NCBI GenBank assembly: GCA_964304625.1
Contig: OZ199838.1
Coordinates: forward strand, 3,560,440 to 3,624,439
Length of the DNA: 64,000 nucleotides
DNA from: Kudoa neothunni
Taxonomy: Eukaryota > Animalia > Cnidaria
Reading direction: 5' to 3'
Part shown: one piece after another, positions 13,701-26,651 of the stretch
How the letters are laid out: each line of letters opens with the position of its first letter
Numbering within the stretch: position 1 is the first letter of the stretch
The notes under the pieces: generated by a model
Databases searched by the model: none
Told to the model about the DNA's origin: nothing
Seen by the model: only the letters and a program-made list of their open reading frames with translations
Translations under genes and position numbers: made by a program

Positions 13701-16700
13701 AAACACCATTCCAAAAAATATAAATAAGAAAGTTTCATTCACGATTTTTATGATTTTTGACTTGCATCGCTTGTGTGAAGCCGCTCATTTCAATTAATTC
13801 ATATGCTTCGTTACATCAAAGAGTCTAAATATTTTTGGCCAAATTTAATAATTACTCGTGTTTCTAATTGTAAATTTAACTTTAACAGTATTTAAACTTG
13901 AGTATGGACAATATAGCTACATTATGTTTATGGATGAATCAACGATACCTTAAAATGAAACTAGAAAACTAAATTATCAAAAATAAAAAAATTCTATAGG
14001 AAACTTGCTATTGTTCCACCTAGAAAACCTCAGAAGGATCTGAAACATTAGAAAAACATATATCAAAGATAGTATCTAAATTTATTTATTATGACGAATT
14101 ATAAATATTTTACTATAATTATTTATTCTCGCGTCAAAAAGGATCCCAAACTCAATTAAAAATAAATTTAAAATAAGACGTGAATAAAAATATTTTAGCA
14201 TAAACATTACAATATATAGAGGAGAGTCTGCAACATTAAATCTCTTCAATACATTCAGTGAAATCTCTCAATATAATAAATTGTTGTATTTAAAAAATTT
14301 GGAGTATTCAGTTTGAAAGAAATTGACTTAATAAAACCCTTTTAAAAAGAAGAAGACTATCTTCAGTTAGAAATATCATTAAAAAACGATGTGTAATGAT
14401 CATTGTATGATGTAAATTAATTTTCACATCAATAAGACCAACTAAAATCAAAATAAAATCTGTAAGAACCTTAAGAAATCATATTTTTAACTTAGGCTCA
14501 TAGAACCCGATGGGTGATGAGATTACTTTCGGATTAATTTAAGATACGCACAGTTGGTAGTTTTATTATTTGGATTTTTCAGCTTTAAATTTTGACATTA
14601 TTGCATAAAGAAATGATATCAGAAAATAGTTGGGATAATGTTATTGGGAATTTTAATAAAAATGAGGGATTTGTTGAGAGTGACGTGAAATTAGAGAAGA
14701 TATCAACTACTGAATCGGGTTTCCAGTGGGAATGTGTTAAAAAATCAAGTAAAAGGACTAATTATCGTAATCGTGATAATAATATGACTGGTTCTATGGG
14801 GATTTCGGGAAATATTACATCATTTATTACATCATTTTATGTTTCTAGGGGAGGATTGGAAACTGATACTTTTTTCACCCACATCCAGTGACACTCTTCT
14901 TATTACAGAAGAATATTACGATGCTGACAACTTTTAGAGGGAATAACAGCTACATACCTGAAATTCTATAGGGTGTGACGAATCGCAATGAACTGTCGTT
15001 AAAATTTTGCTCCTGCGAGAAGCGTAACGTTCGTGATGTGCATTCAAAAGAAAGAGCGTAATATTTTTCGATTGTCAACAGATTTCCACGATCGTGCTAT
15101 TGAGCGATAATACAAAAACGACTCTGAACTTATTATCGATAATAATCAAACCAAAAAGGGTTTGATAGCGGTGATTAAGTGATCAAAATCGGTGATTATA
15201 TTTTCTTCGAGAATTCGCAGCGGAATTCATCAAATCAAATATTTTGAGACGTCGAAGTTTAGGAAATATTCATTTATTAAAATTAGATTTGTATTATTTA
15301 AAAAATACATTAGAGACGACTCAACATCTATTTCTAGAGAAATAATTTTAATCCTGCTACAATGAAGATACACTTACTGTTTAAGGTTTATTGACAAAAA
15401 ACCAGAATTTCGCCTTAAACATTCAAAAAAACTGCATGTCGTTCTCATTAAATTAAACATAGAATTTAGAATATCCCCATTGCCATTTGAAATCAAACTT
15501 ATGTCCACTAAATAATTTAACCTCAATATATCTATTTAAATTAAGGATTACTTTGGGGATAAACAATCTTTGAATGTACGATATTCATTTATATGAAGAA
15601 TACAGCGAATAAATCATACTTTTCTCAAAAATTTTGATAATTAATATATATACAAATTTTTTAATTGACATATTTATTCGTGAACTTTTTATTTTGTGTT
15701 AAAAACTAATTTAACTTATAAAGAAACAATCAACAATAATGTAATATGTTGTGAGAGCTAATAATGCAAAGAACTCCAAAATACTTTATTATTATCATTC
15801 AATTATTAAATCAAAAATTATATTTAAAAGGTGATTGCTTGATTGAAAAAGAAATCCTTTCCAAATTAATCTCAATATTCATCTATGGGATAAACGAGAA
15901 TAATAATCGGTAAATTACAACCGTTGAGTTTGCTTGCGGTATGACGGAGTTGCGAAAAAAAAGTTGACTCCTTTAATAGTTCGTTCGGAGATCATGATTA
16001 TTAGTTAAATGTATGTGTTTCTTGCTATAAAACTAAACTATTTTTACTTTTGTGTGGCTTTTGATAATGTTAAAACAATTGCCAAGCATATGTAATAATG
16101 TGTTTCAACACAAAAGTGCAATAACATGAAGATTCTCTGGGGGTACATAATGCATCCCCTTCGTCACCCGCGTTAGATTTTGAAGCTCCGTTTTCCGAGG
16201 GTTAAAGCTGATCAATATAGCTTTTATGATGAGAACTTTTCTCTAGGGTTACTTCGACACAAACTCAGTATGTGTTGACAGCTGGAAGAACTCGACTCTC
16301 CCAAGATCATGTGAGGCATTTTGTTATCCCATTTTCATTTAATCGATTTTTTAACTTTTACGCGATCAGAATAACACCGTTTCCTTTTCTAGAATTGTAT
16401 AAAAATTTGATATTTGAAATATCGCATAAGTATCTTAATTTATCATAATAATCAATACGTTTAATTTAAAATTAACTTTTGTTAAAATCCAATGTAATGC
16501 ATTTATTTGAATAATAATAATAATAATAATAGCTATTGTCACAGCAATTTTTTATCCAGACTGTACGCACTCGTATTCTCCGCGTATTTTTAATCTCATC
16601 AACTTTTACTCACAAACAGTATACAAATGTAATTTTTTAGAATATGCTATACGAAATAATTTCTGTACCCCCAAGAGTGAAGTGGCGGGCCACAGATAAA

Positions 16701-17469
16701 TATAGTTAAAACTAATGACACCTGTATATTATTTTTGTGTCAATGGCCATTTCCTTTTAAATATCTTAAATAAGCAAGAATTTACTAAACACACTGACAA
16801 AAGATGCTCGGCTAGGACAAATGTTGAACTTTTCAAAATAATGTGGAGATGATAAAAAGGGTCACCAATATTGAACAGCAACATTTCACAGGTTCGCGAA
16901 AAGAGGTTCAAATCAAATTTAACAATTTAACATTAACTAATTAAGGTTTTCACCATTTATCGCATCGGCACCTTTAGGTGAGAATCGCATAAATAAATTA
17001 AACAAACCTACATCACTGCCATTGTCTAACTCATCATCACCAGATTCATCACTTGAAAAGGAGTCCGACAAGAAATCATTGTTGCCATCCGACAGGAGAT
17101 CATCATTTGTTTCACAAGGTGGTTGTTCTCCTTCGCTTGAATCGGCGCTATCGTTTTTAAAGTCTAATAGAGCTTCATCTTGCTCTTTGAGAAAGTTGTA
17201 AAAATCGGGGTCGGTCTCTTTCAACAGCTCCAATTGTTGTTTATGCTTTGTGATTTCATCGGAGTTAGTATTGTTATTGTTGAGTTCCGTATTGGATGTG
17301 ATTGTTGGATTATCGCGTCTAACCAATGCAGAATAATAAAAACAATTTACAGCCTCCCATATAGTATTTAAGAATATTACAATATCGGCTCACCGGTTAA
17401 CAGCGGTTTACTTTTTTTGCGAACATCATCGGATTCCTCATTAGCTTTTCTTTTTCTATTATCACACAT
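10737..17469 (-). CDS. NOC2L: Nucleolar complex protein 2 homologue, 11 exons
   Basis: KHKQQLELLKETDPDFYNFLKEQDEALLDF, IYSWQFVHSIEL, FIPFKLH...TNVYIP and AFPDL motifs. All exons join in frame with GT-AG introns; a 4.1-kb intron spans 12892-17011. Confidence 0.92.
13007..14150. mobile_element. Degenerate piggyBac-like non-autonomous element in NOC2L intron
   Basis: TTAA-CACTAG start; palindrome GGGTCATTTTTGACCC at 13049-13064; degenerate inverted copy GCGTCAAAAAGGATCCC at 14131-14147. Right terminus not clear. Confidence 0.4.
14850..15190 (+). pseudogene. piggyBac transposase relic in NOC2L intron
   Basis: Fragments ETDTFFTH, LLLQKNITMLTTFRGNNSYIPEIL, QKKERNIFRLSTDFHD and ELIIDNNQTKKG parallel the TDNFFT...GT(L/V)RxN...K-V-LLSS-H...YNxTKGGVD series, broken by stops and frameshifts. 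Candidate terminus CGAGGG-TTAA at 16196-16205. Confidence 0.7.
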
Positions 17470-17893
17470 ATTAAACAAATAATGTGGGACAACAATATTT
17501 ATAGTTATCCTCTCGATAAATACCGACTGGTTATTTTAGTTTTTTTATTTTTAATGGATAATTTTTTTGATAACGTTGAAAATTTGACCATCCCAATCAA
17601 ACAATAACAACAACTGTGTGATCCAACGATAATCTTACTCACGTTTGTGAGAGGTAACGAAATGCCACGAGGTCATATTTTAGTTTATTTTTGTTGTTCC
17701 ACCTAACCGCCTCTTTTAATTTGTATATTTTCTAATCAATATGTTTATATCTCTCCGACCATTAAATCATACCTACATTAATATGAGAATTGTGTACTAA
17801 TACTCAAACCACACATTCTAATCCTTACATAAAGCGCTTAAGTGCAAATTTTAATTTAAATCCGTACACGTTATCCAATCGTTAAAAAATAAC
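17470..17893. promoter_or_regulatory. Probable bidirectional promoter between NOC2L and clueless
   Basis: Head-to-head start codons only 424 bp apart, with no transposon ends seen between them. Confidence 0.5.
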
Positions 17894-20800
17894 ATGATAA
17901 CATGTCCAGGTGATAGATATGAGTTGTTGAACCCACCACAGTCCAATCAGAATACGCCAAAGAACGAAAACCACACAAATATTTGCCCCCAACCTAATCA
18001 CTCCTCCTCCAATATCAATTCTGATTATGGTAGGTTTTCGATTTCCGATCTCGCCTCGCCACCCTAATAGCTCATTTCTATCACTCATTTCTGACTGGAT
18101 ATTTATTTAGTTGTCGAAGAAAAATCATACACTGTCTCTTTAGATATACCCGGCGTTGTTGACACAATAAAAATTCAGGTATTTTCATGAATCAACTGGT
18201 TTCATATATTTTCTCAAAGGTTGGCAGCAATGACACTGTATTTGAAATTAAGCAAATGATTATGGAATCTATGGATACATCTTTGAGGACTTGTTTCTCT
18301 TTGGTTATCGATAAAAACAACAAAATTGATGATTACGCCAAAATTTCCGAGATTAATGAAATTCGTGATGGCTCAACTATTCGCTTGATTGATGGTAATT
18401 TGCTGTTTTCTTTTGTTTTTTTAAGTTGCCTACTGATTAATATTTACGACGTATTTGTCATTATCAGTCTTCTACGTGTATTTAATTGATAATTTTTAAT
18501 CGGATTTGATAGGAACTATATTTAAATATGGGATAGGCAGCGTCAATCAATTTCAGTGGACTTATTGCCCACTTTCTCATATACTATGGGAGAGTGACTT
18601 AAATTTGGTTATTGTATGATCAATAGCTAATCATTGATTTAATTTGACATTTTTCTATTTACTTCAGATTAAACACACAATTTTTCGTTTTTACGAAAGA
18701 TACGCTTTATATTACGAGTTTTATCTTATTTTGTGTCGAGTTAATCTCACGTGACAGCTTCATCGTATAAAGCTAATGCGATTGCCCCAAAATATAAGTT
18801 AATCAGCGAAATTTAATCTTAAAAAAGTTTATTAACGTAAATATCACGATTTGCGTGATTTAATCGTTAATAATATTTATTACTAAAAATAACTAGTGAG
18901 ATAATTGCGGAATTCAACAAAATATTCCTTTTTTTATTAGAATCGTGTGTGTAATTTATGATTTTTAACAATTTACTCTGTAAAATCCTCTCATTTAAAA
19001 TCTCATTTATTTAACGCGTACCGAAGGGGGTACCTAAAACACCCCAGAGATTTTTCAATTTAATTCGCTCCTTTGGATATAAAATTGTTTTCTGTTATTA
19101 TTCCCCAATCGAAAATAAAAATATTAAACCGGTTGGGGGAAAATTCAAGTAATTCCTCAAAAATATAGGTTATGTTTGTATAAAGCTGTTAACTAAGTAT
19201 TGGAAAATTCAAGGTTGTATTACAAGTGAATTTGCCGTGTGAAAGGAACAACCAATAAACCCGTCACAACTATGATTTTCGATAATTTTCATTAATCTCA
19301 TTTTGCTATCGTGATATTAAAACGTAAGAATATTTCCTTCCTTCAAACAACTACCTTTTCTGTTATTATTGTTATTCTGTGGTAAAAATAAAGGCTGTTG
19401 TAAAAAAACCAATGTGGAACCAAATTAAATATTAATCGGCCTATACTTTCAAAATTAATATACTACCAAAAGCGCTCGTTTCTCCCATTAATCTCAGGAT
19501 CATCTCCAAGCTTGTCGGATTCTTCCGGTAGAAAATAAAAAATAAAACTTAGTCCAAGTTTTATTTCTTTTATTTCTTTTATCAAGTAAAAACTAATGTC
19601 TAATTATTAATGTTTAGTCAAAATTAAAGAAATAATAAACATAAGAGATTCAAAGGCTACTAAACATTAAGTTCTATTGATTAGATTTTGAAAATGTAGT
19701 TTATTATTTTATATCCTTAATGTAATTTCTCCTGTTTGGTTTAATATTGATTCAATATGAAAAGATTACACAAAAAATAAAAGAGAATATAAAAAGGTAT
19801 AGATGAAATTTCGATAAATAAAATAATTGCGGTTACTAAATATACCTCCTCCGACCCCTAACGTTTAACAGAAAATTACTGTGATACCTAAAAACAAGCA
19901 GAAAATCAGTTTTTGTTTATTAAAATATCAACGTAGATATTGATAAAAGTAAAAATTGGGGGGGGGGGGGGGATAGTGAAAAATCATACAGTAACCTACA
20001 TATATATGCTGTAAGTGAGTATGAAAATTAAAAATTTGAGGAACTTAACAAATAAAATTGAAAAACATACTTTATTTATGACAATTATTATCTTTTATAT
20101 TAAAATTATTATGAATTAATTTTGCTCAAGTTATACATTTAATCGTTTTTAATAAATTGAAGAAAAAGTTGAAAGTTTTTATTCTCAAGTAAATACTTTA
20201 CTTTTGATGAGAAATAATTTTTTTCAACATGTTTTCCAATATTTTTGATAACGTTTGTTTTTATTTTTTCAAATTTTGCTATTCCTAATATAAATCTGAA
20301 AAAAATGATTGAAAGTTTATTATTAACATAAATTTAAAAAATAGTTATTTCAAGGGATATTTAACTTTTATTTGACAATAGTCCGAATAATTTTTTAAAT
20401 TAATGTTTGTTGAATGTGTTGCATCTGATTGTCGTGCAACCGATTTAATCCCTTCTCCTCTAGATCCTTACAATTTAAGAGAAGCTTTTTGTCACTTATC
20501 TCGTTTTAACGATATTATACTTTCTTCGAATACAAATGAAAGCCTGATGGTCGGCGAAACTGATGGAATCTCGCCTATATGCTTGGGCAATGTGCTCGGA
20601 TATAATCCCGATTTGAATGAACCTGATGACATCAAAATTGATGAAAATGACATTGATTCTTTGACAATCAGTCAACAGTGTAGCATTGTTCCATTGTTGT
20701 CTCCACTGACGAAGAACAATGTGAGTTTTCCTAAGATATTGTGTTTAATAGTTGACCACTGTAGGATTATGTCAAATGTTTGGACGATCTAAAACTCGCC

Positions 20801-23800
20801 CCTTGGAACCCCCCTGTTGGACCGAGAAAGTTGTCTGGAGATCTGCTTTACTTGGTGGTTAAAACACTGGAAGGAAAAACTGTTTATATCAGCTGTTGTG
20901 TGAATGGGTTTTTCATCAATAGGTGGGTGGTTATTGGATTTCTGGATTTATATTAATTAAACAGGTCGGATGATGATCATTTTGACCCTACTCCAATGAA
21001 GGATTCCTATAGATCTTTCACCTTGGTGGGACTTTTATCTCAAGTACTTTCAGCCAATTAATATAGTCAGCATATCATAATTTTCGTATATTTTGGTAGG
21101 TGAGTGAAAAATTCAAGACCAATTTTGGAAAATTGGTTCGAAGTTTTGTTAAGAAAAATGTTTACGAATACGCTCATTCGTCTAATTTAGGCGGTATCAT
21201 AGTTTATAATTGTAATATTTGCTGGATGATATTTTAGTCAAATTATGGACTGTTCCTTTTCCAACCAATCAAAAAAACTCGATCCGTGCCAGTGAATGTA
21301 AACAATAGTTGAGGCGCATTTTAACAATAAATTTATTTTTATTTATTTATTCATTCAACGTTAGTTTTATCAAGTATAAATGGAACAGACGACATACAAA
21401 GCGGTCAGGTAATTCGACCTCCACTTTTCGTCATTAATAATTTTGTGTAGCTAAGAGATTGGAATGAGGAACTTCAAACGGTGAAGCAACTCAAACAAAA
21501 TGAAATCAGTGATCGTATATTACGAGATCGATCTATTTATAGGGTAATCTAATTTTTTGTAAACGCATACTAAATTTAATCTGTGATATCACGAGTAATA
21601 ATGCACTGTAGGTGGTTGTTGATATGGCCCATACAGCTAGCAAAGGTGTGAAACTTATGATGGAAGGTAGCCTGAAATCGATGAATCCACATGAAAAACT
21701 AAAGTAATTTCACAAATTATTCAACCTTAATTCATTCGATGGCGGTGGTGGTGATGGTGGTGAAATAGGGACCAACTTTTTGTGTGGAACAATCTTTTTT
21801 TCAGCGTGTCCTGTGATACTAAGGGTTATTTCAAGAACTTGGGTGGGGATGCTGCCACCAAAAGTGCCACGCTATTGGATTTGCATGGTGTTGATCTTAT
21901 GAACCGTCTTGGATTGGAGGGAGTTTTCACTTTGGGTACCACTGTGATTGACCATTGTGGTTATCGTGTGTTGGCTCAATCTATTATTCCTGGCATATTT
22001 CAAAAAAATAGTGAAGATGTTGTTGCCTATGGTTCTGTGGAGACAACTGATTCTGCTCTAAAAAGCAATGAGCAATTTACCCAACTGTTGAGCAGTCTTA
22101 AAAAAAATCTAAAAATAAGACCAGCCACGTAACTAGTTTCCAATTTCCTCATTGTAATTTAGCAACCGTCTACCTGTGTAGGTTCATCAATCCTCATGAT
22201 AATGAACCTGTGACACTTAACTCATCCATCGAGACTAAGGGAATAATTGGTAGTGACGGCCGTCATTATTTGATTGATGTTTACCGTATGATGCCTCCAG
22301 ATCCGTTGTTCGTTGATGAAAGTACGCAATTGAAATGCGAATGGATCGATAATTTACTTTGTTTCATGATAGATCCTCAAAAAACCAAACACTACCCTGA
22401 GGATTTTACTTTTTCTGCCGATTACACCAAACTCACCCACAATTACACCTTCCCCAAACAACGATTTTCCAACAAAATTAGAGTATTCCGTGAGATGTTG
22501 GTCGATGAGTTCTACTCAAAGGAGTATCTAAAATTCTCAAAAATTAAAGAAACCCACCTTGAGAAACTTAAAAATGATCCTTTGGAGGAATTCAAAGTAA
22601 AGAAAAAATTTTTTGAGGTTTGTTGTTCATATGTGAAATAGAAAGCATCAATTGAGCAAGGTGCCGAGCTGTCTACTGAAATGTTGGTTGAATTGGAAAG
22701 TAATAGATATTTTCGATTATTTCATAATTTAGGGTTGTTATTTGTTTAGCGATTGCAACCAAAAAGGCAGCCGTGTCGTGCAATCTCCCCGAGAATGCAA
22801 ATGGCTATGATTTGGCTGTGAGTCCCGATTGTTTCAATTCAAAATTCAACATAAAACCCGATGAAGTATATACATGTTTCTAATTTCTAATTTCAACTTT
22901 AAATTGGTTTATTATTTAGGAGGAATTAATGTCTATAGACCGTAGTATATGTCATCGAATGTCATACTACATGGTTTCTAGTTTTATTCCTGAGCTGGTT
23001 TCTCAGTTGCAACATCATATCTTGTACGATGGTAATTCTCTCACAAAGCTATTTCACTCAAAAGGAATCAATATGCGATATTTGGGTTATTTTGACTCTT
23101 TTGCTTGTGTCATCATCAACACAATGTATCCAATACATTCATGTATGAATTTATTTACAAATGTTGAACGAGAAAAAATGGTTACAAACATTTTCTCTAG
23201 AGAATCTGTGTATCTGAAATGATTATTCGGGCGAGTAAGCTCCATTTCAGATCCCTTTTGGCTGGTAACATTAGAAAATATTCCACCGGCCAAATTGTTG
23301 CTCATTATTTGAATTGCTTCCTTGGAAATAATCCCTACCCAAAGGCTTCCAATCCCAAGGATGAGATCAAAATTTTACGACGAGGAAAACGTAAGAATAA
23401 ACCTAATGGTACTTTCCAACGGATCTGAAACTAGATGGGATGGTCCATCATCCAGTTGGTCCAGTCTAACACCTGGCAGCTTGTGGAATGTGATCAGAGC
23501 GGCAGTGAGTGATAAATTTGGTTACAATTTGGACGGTCGTGATATTTCACAAATCAGAGATAATCACCATATTACATGTGTTTCGTTGTTGAGAAGATTT
23601 TGTCAAGTTCATGGACTTCAGGTGGTTTCCAGGGAGTATGATTTTGACTCGTCCAAACATCATACTTTCTTTGCTGATGATATCATCGATTTGATCCCAG
23701 TAGTCAAGACTATTAACGTATTATCAGTTGACGCATTAAGTGCCATCAACCTGGCTAAAGAATATATCGAAACCAACAACTCTAGTCTGCTCAAACTAGC

Positions 23801-24660
23801 CTACAACATCCTTACAGCTGCCTCAACTCATCTAGCTCAAATATATGGACTTATTCATCCACAGATGGCTGTAGCTTATGAGCTACTCTCAAAAATATCG
23901 TACATCAGTGATGATTGGATTTCGGCCACGATGTTCCAAAAGAAAGCCGTACTCATTTATGAACGCTTCTATGGTATTGATCACTGTGACACTATACACT
24001 CTTACATCAATCTTGGGTTGTATCTTTTCAGCGGAAAATGCATCATTTCAGGAATTAAGGTGTTGAATCGCGCCAAATATTTGATTACGCTTGCCTACGG
24101 ACCTGATCATCCTGAAATTGTCACAATCGATACCAATCTGGCATTGTCATTCTCAGCTTTGGGCAAAAATTCCACATCGGTTCAACTGTTGGGAAATGCG
24201 TCACATATTTTAAAAGTTTTGGTTGACATCTTCAGCCAATACATCCGTCAACTATGGTATACTGTTGTTGTTGTTGGCCAAACAACAAGTGTTTTGCTCG
24301 CTCTACAAAGATGCTATCGCTAACTCGAAAGAGGCTCTTAAAATATTCAAAACTCTCAATGGCAATCGAGATCATCTCACAATTGAGGCATCTTCAGTAA
24401 TGGAAGCTGCCACTAAACTTGCTGTAACCAGTGAACGACTCTCCAAAGCTATCTGTTCTGGTGGTGTCCGTTCTGGTTCAGACCTTAAAAACAACAGCTT
24501 ATATCTAGACAAAGAAAATTTTGATCTCATCAAAGCAGTTAACGATTTGAGACTTGGCTCTGCTGAATTTTTGATTCAGAAACCACATTTATCTCGCTTA
24601 TCCGCATCACAAACCAAACAAGTTTCCACTGAAAGTCACCTTGAAATCGATGTTGATTGA
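17894..24660 (+). CDS. CLUH: Clustered mitochondria protein (clueless/CLUH), about 18 exons, three apparent +1 frameshifts near the 3' end
   Basis: RTCFSL, DPYNLREA, WNPPVGPRKLSGDLLYL, QLRDWNEELQ, TLGTTVIDHCGYRVLAQSIIPGI, KGIIGSDGRHYLID, GINMRYLG and C-terminal TPR motifs (YGIDHCDT, YGPDHPE). Intron 18395-20463 is about 2 kb. Confidence 0.93.
19011..19867. mobile_element. Decayed piggyBac-like element in clueless intron
   Basis: TTAACGCGTACCGAAGGGGGTACCTAAAACACCCCAGAG resembles the reverse complement of 16135-16175; weak inverted counterpart near 19831-19867. Confidence 0.35.
19958..19972 (+). repeat. G15 homopolymer
   Basis: 15 consecutive G in an otherwise very AT-rich intron. Confidence 0.9.
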
Positions 24661-25617
24661 CCTTGTTTGATCAGATCATCTAACTATAGTGATATGATGA
24701 GTACTACTTTGGTGAATAAATCAATTGAAACTATTTTCAATATCGTATCATTAGAATCTTGTGTTGTTTATCACAGAAAATTTATGTATGCAGTTGTTCG
24801 TCGTCTGCAAGTAGTAAATTCATTAAAATTGCCCTTAAGGTATTTTTGATTGACTTTTTCAATAAATTAACACAGTTATATTATTAATAAGTCAAAACAT
24901 AGTATAATTTTTAAAATAAGACATATTTATTAACTTCGAATGACGAAGCGAATTAGTTCGTCCACGAGGGTTCCAATTTTAATAATTTTTTGAATTTTTA
25001 CTTTTAATCATTACAATACTTGATATAATTTCTAAAAATGCCTTAATATTGAGAAAAAATCCCTACAGCCTTTTAGTTGAAATCCAGCCATGAGTGTATT
25101 ATAGATAAATGATTAATGGTCACTGAGAATTTATAAATTCATACAAAAATATAACATATTACTATATTTATTTTAACATTACTTAGGGTTTCATTTGTAA
25201 ATATTTTTAACATGTGACGTCATAATGAATTCCGTCCAACGACACGATGAATAGTTAAACTCAATTATAGTTTTGAATTATCTCCTGTGACTAGAAAAAT
25301 GATTTCCTCCCCACCAATTGGCGCAAGATATTCTGTTAACTCACGTCATTAGTCCCGTATATAAAAATAAATTTTTAATAAACTCAACTATTTAACTCTA
25401 AATATAATTAATTTAAATGGTGTATCAACTTATCACAAACATAAATAACACCGAATTATTTTGTTAGTTGTGTGTTTGAATAAGTTTCAATCATTAATTC
25501 ACCTTTATTAAATATAAATTAAAACAAAAATTTATACATGAGAGGTCTTAACTAGTTGTAACCACTCGGGATCGAGTGATCATTTGTGATTCTTGCGCAC
25601 GCGTAAAATCGTTTAAA

Positions 25618-26651
25618 ATGAGGAGACTAAACATCGATAAGGGCCCATATTCTCGTTTCTTAGAGGCAGATAATAGATGGTATATGCCCATCAATGAATT
25701 GATTAATCGAGCAGCTTCAGCAGAGAATAAACAAGAGGAACCATCACAAGTGGAAGAAGTTCAGAAAAACGACGTTGTCATAAGATGGAATTCACAGTGG
25801 AAAGAGTTGAATGAGATTAAAAATGTTAAACGCATCTACATTATCTATGGTGATGCAACAATGTCTTCAATGAATTTTATGGAGTCGGAATTGACGTTGG
25901 TTGGTGTTATGGCCAGCGTCAGTTATTGTGAGTATTATTGCAACGAAGTTCTGAAAGGTAGCTCACAACCCTCCGAAACTGTAACCTGTATCCATGCTCT
26001 GACCAACGATATGTCATCACTGATGATACTGTTGAATGACAAATCGTTCTATCCACAGAAAGCCTATTTGTTATGTGATTTGGTAAGGGTGTGTGTTGAT
26101 AACGCCATTCAATCTGTTTTGTATAGTTGTTTAAAGAGTTGGAGGAAAATGTTAAAATTGTGATAGTCAACACCGACAAACCTAGAACATCAGCATTGGC
26201 CCACTGCCACAAATTTGAGATTCCAAAAACCAATTTCAATATTTTCTACGTCAAGTCTAGACAATGTTCGAATGTGTTTGACAATCAATTGGCTCCACTT
26301 CCCATAAGTTATCTTGTGGCTGGATTTCCTGCTGCAGGTGTTTACTATTGTGTTTGAAGCGATTTTTAAATGTGTTGAAGTGGTCACCTATTGCGAGATA
26401 TACGCCATTGACTGTGTCCTATTTCAATACGTCTCAGACATGTTTGTAGAAGAGGTTTCCTTGAGATCGGACTATTTCTACGGATTTCTATCTTTGTTAA
26501 ATCCAATATTTAAGTCCAAAATAGATGAGGTTAGTTTATTCGGTTGTTACAGAGTTATGAAATGATAAATTAGAAAGGACTTAGCAGCTCAAGTGGTTCG
26601 AATTCGATGCCCCGGGAATTAGGAGATCCTAAGAATCAAATGTTTTTGTAG
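25618..26651 (+). CDS. PSMG1: Proteasome assembly chaperone 1 (PAC1) homologue, 4 exons
   Basis: Spliced LPISYLVAGFPAA|VVTYCEIYAIDCVLFQYVSD matches recalled PAC1 LEQPNIVHDLPAAVLSYCQVWKIPAILY. Last exon 26574-26651 ends NQMFL*, an HbYX-like tail. Confidence 0.7.

Noticed and set aside
17319-17420. Apparent frameshift between NOC2L exons 1 and 2
   Set aside because: Resolved by a phase-2 GTAATA donor near 17380.
23391-23434. 44-nt GTAAG...CTAG intron as a fix for the second clueless frameshift
   Set aside because: Wrong phase, and it would delete the conserved basic RKNK segment.
26583-26605. tRNA A/B-box-like AGCTCAAGTGGTTCGAATTC
   Set aside because: The boxes abut with no anticodon arm, and the stretch is in-frame coding sequence of the last PSMG1 exon.
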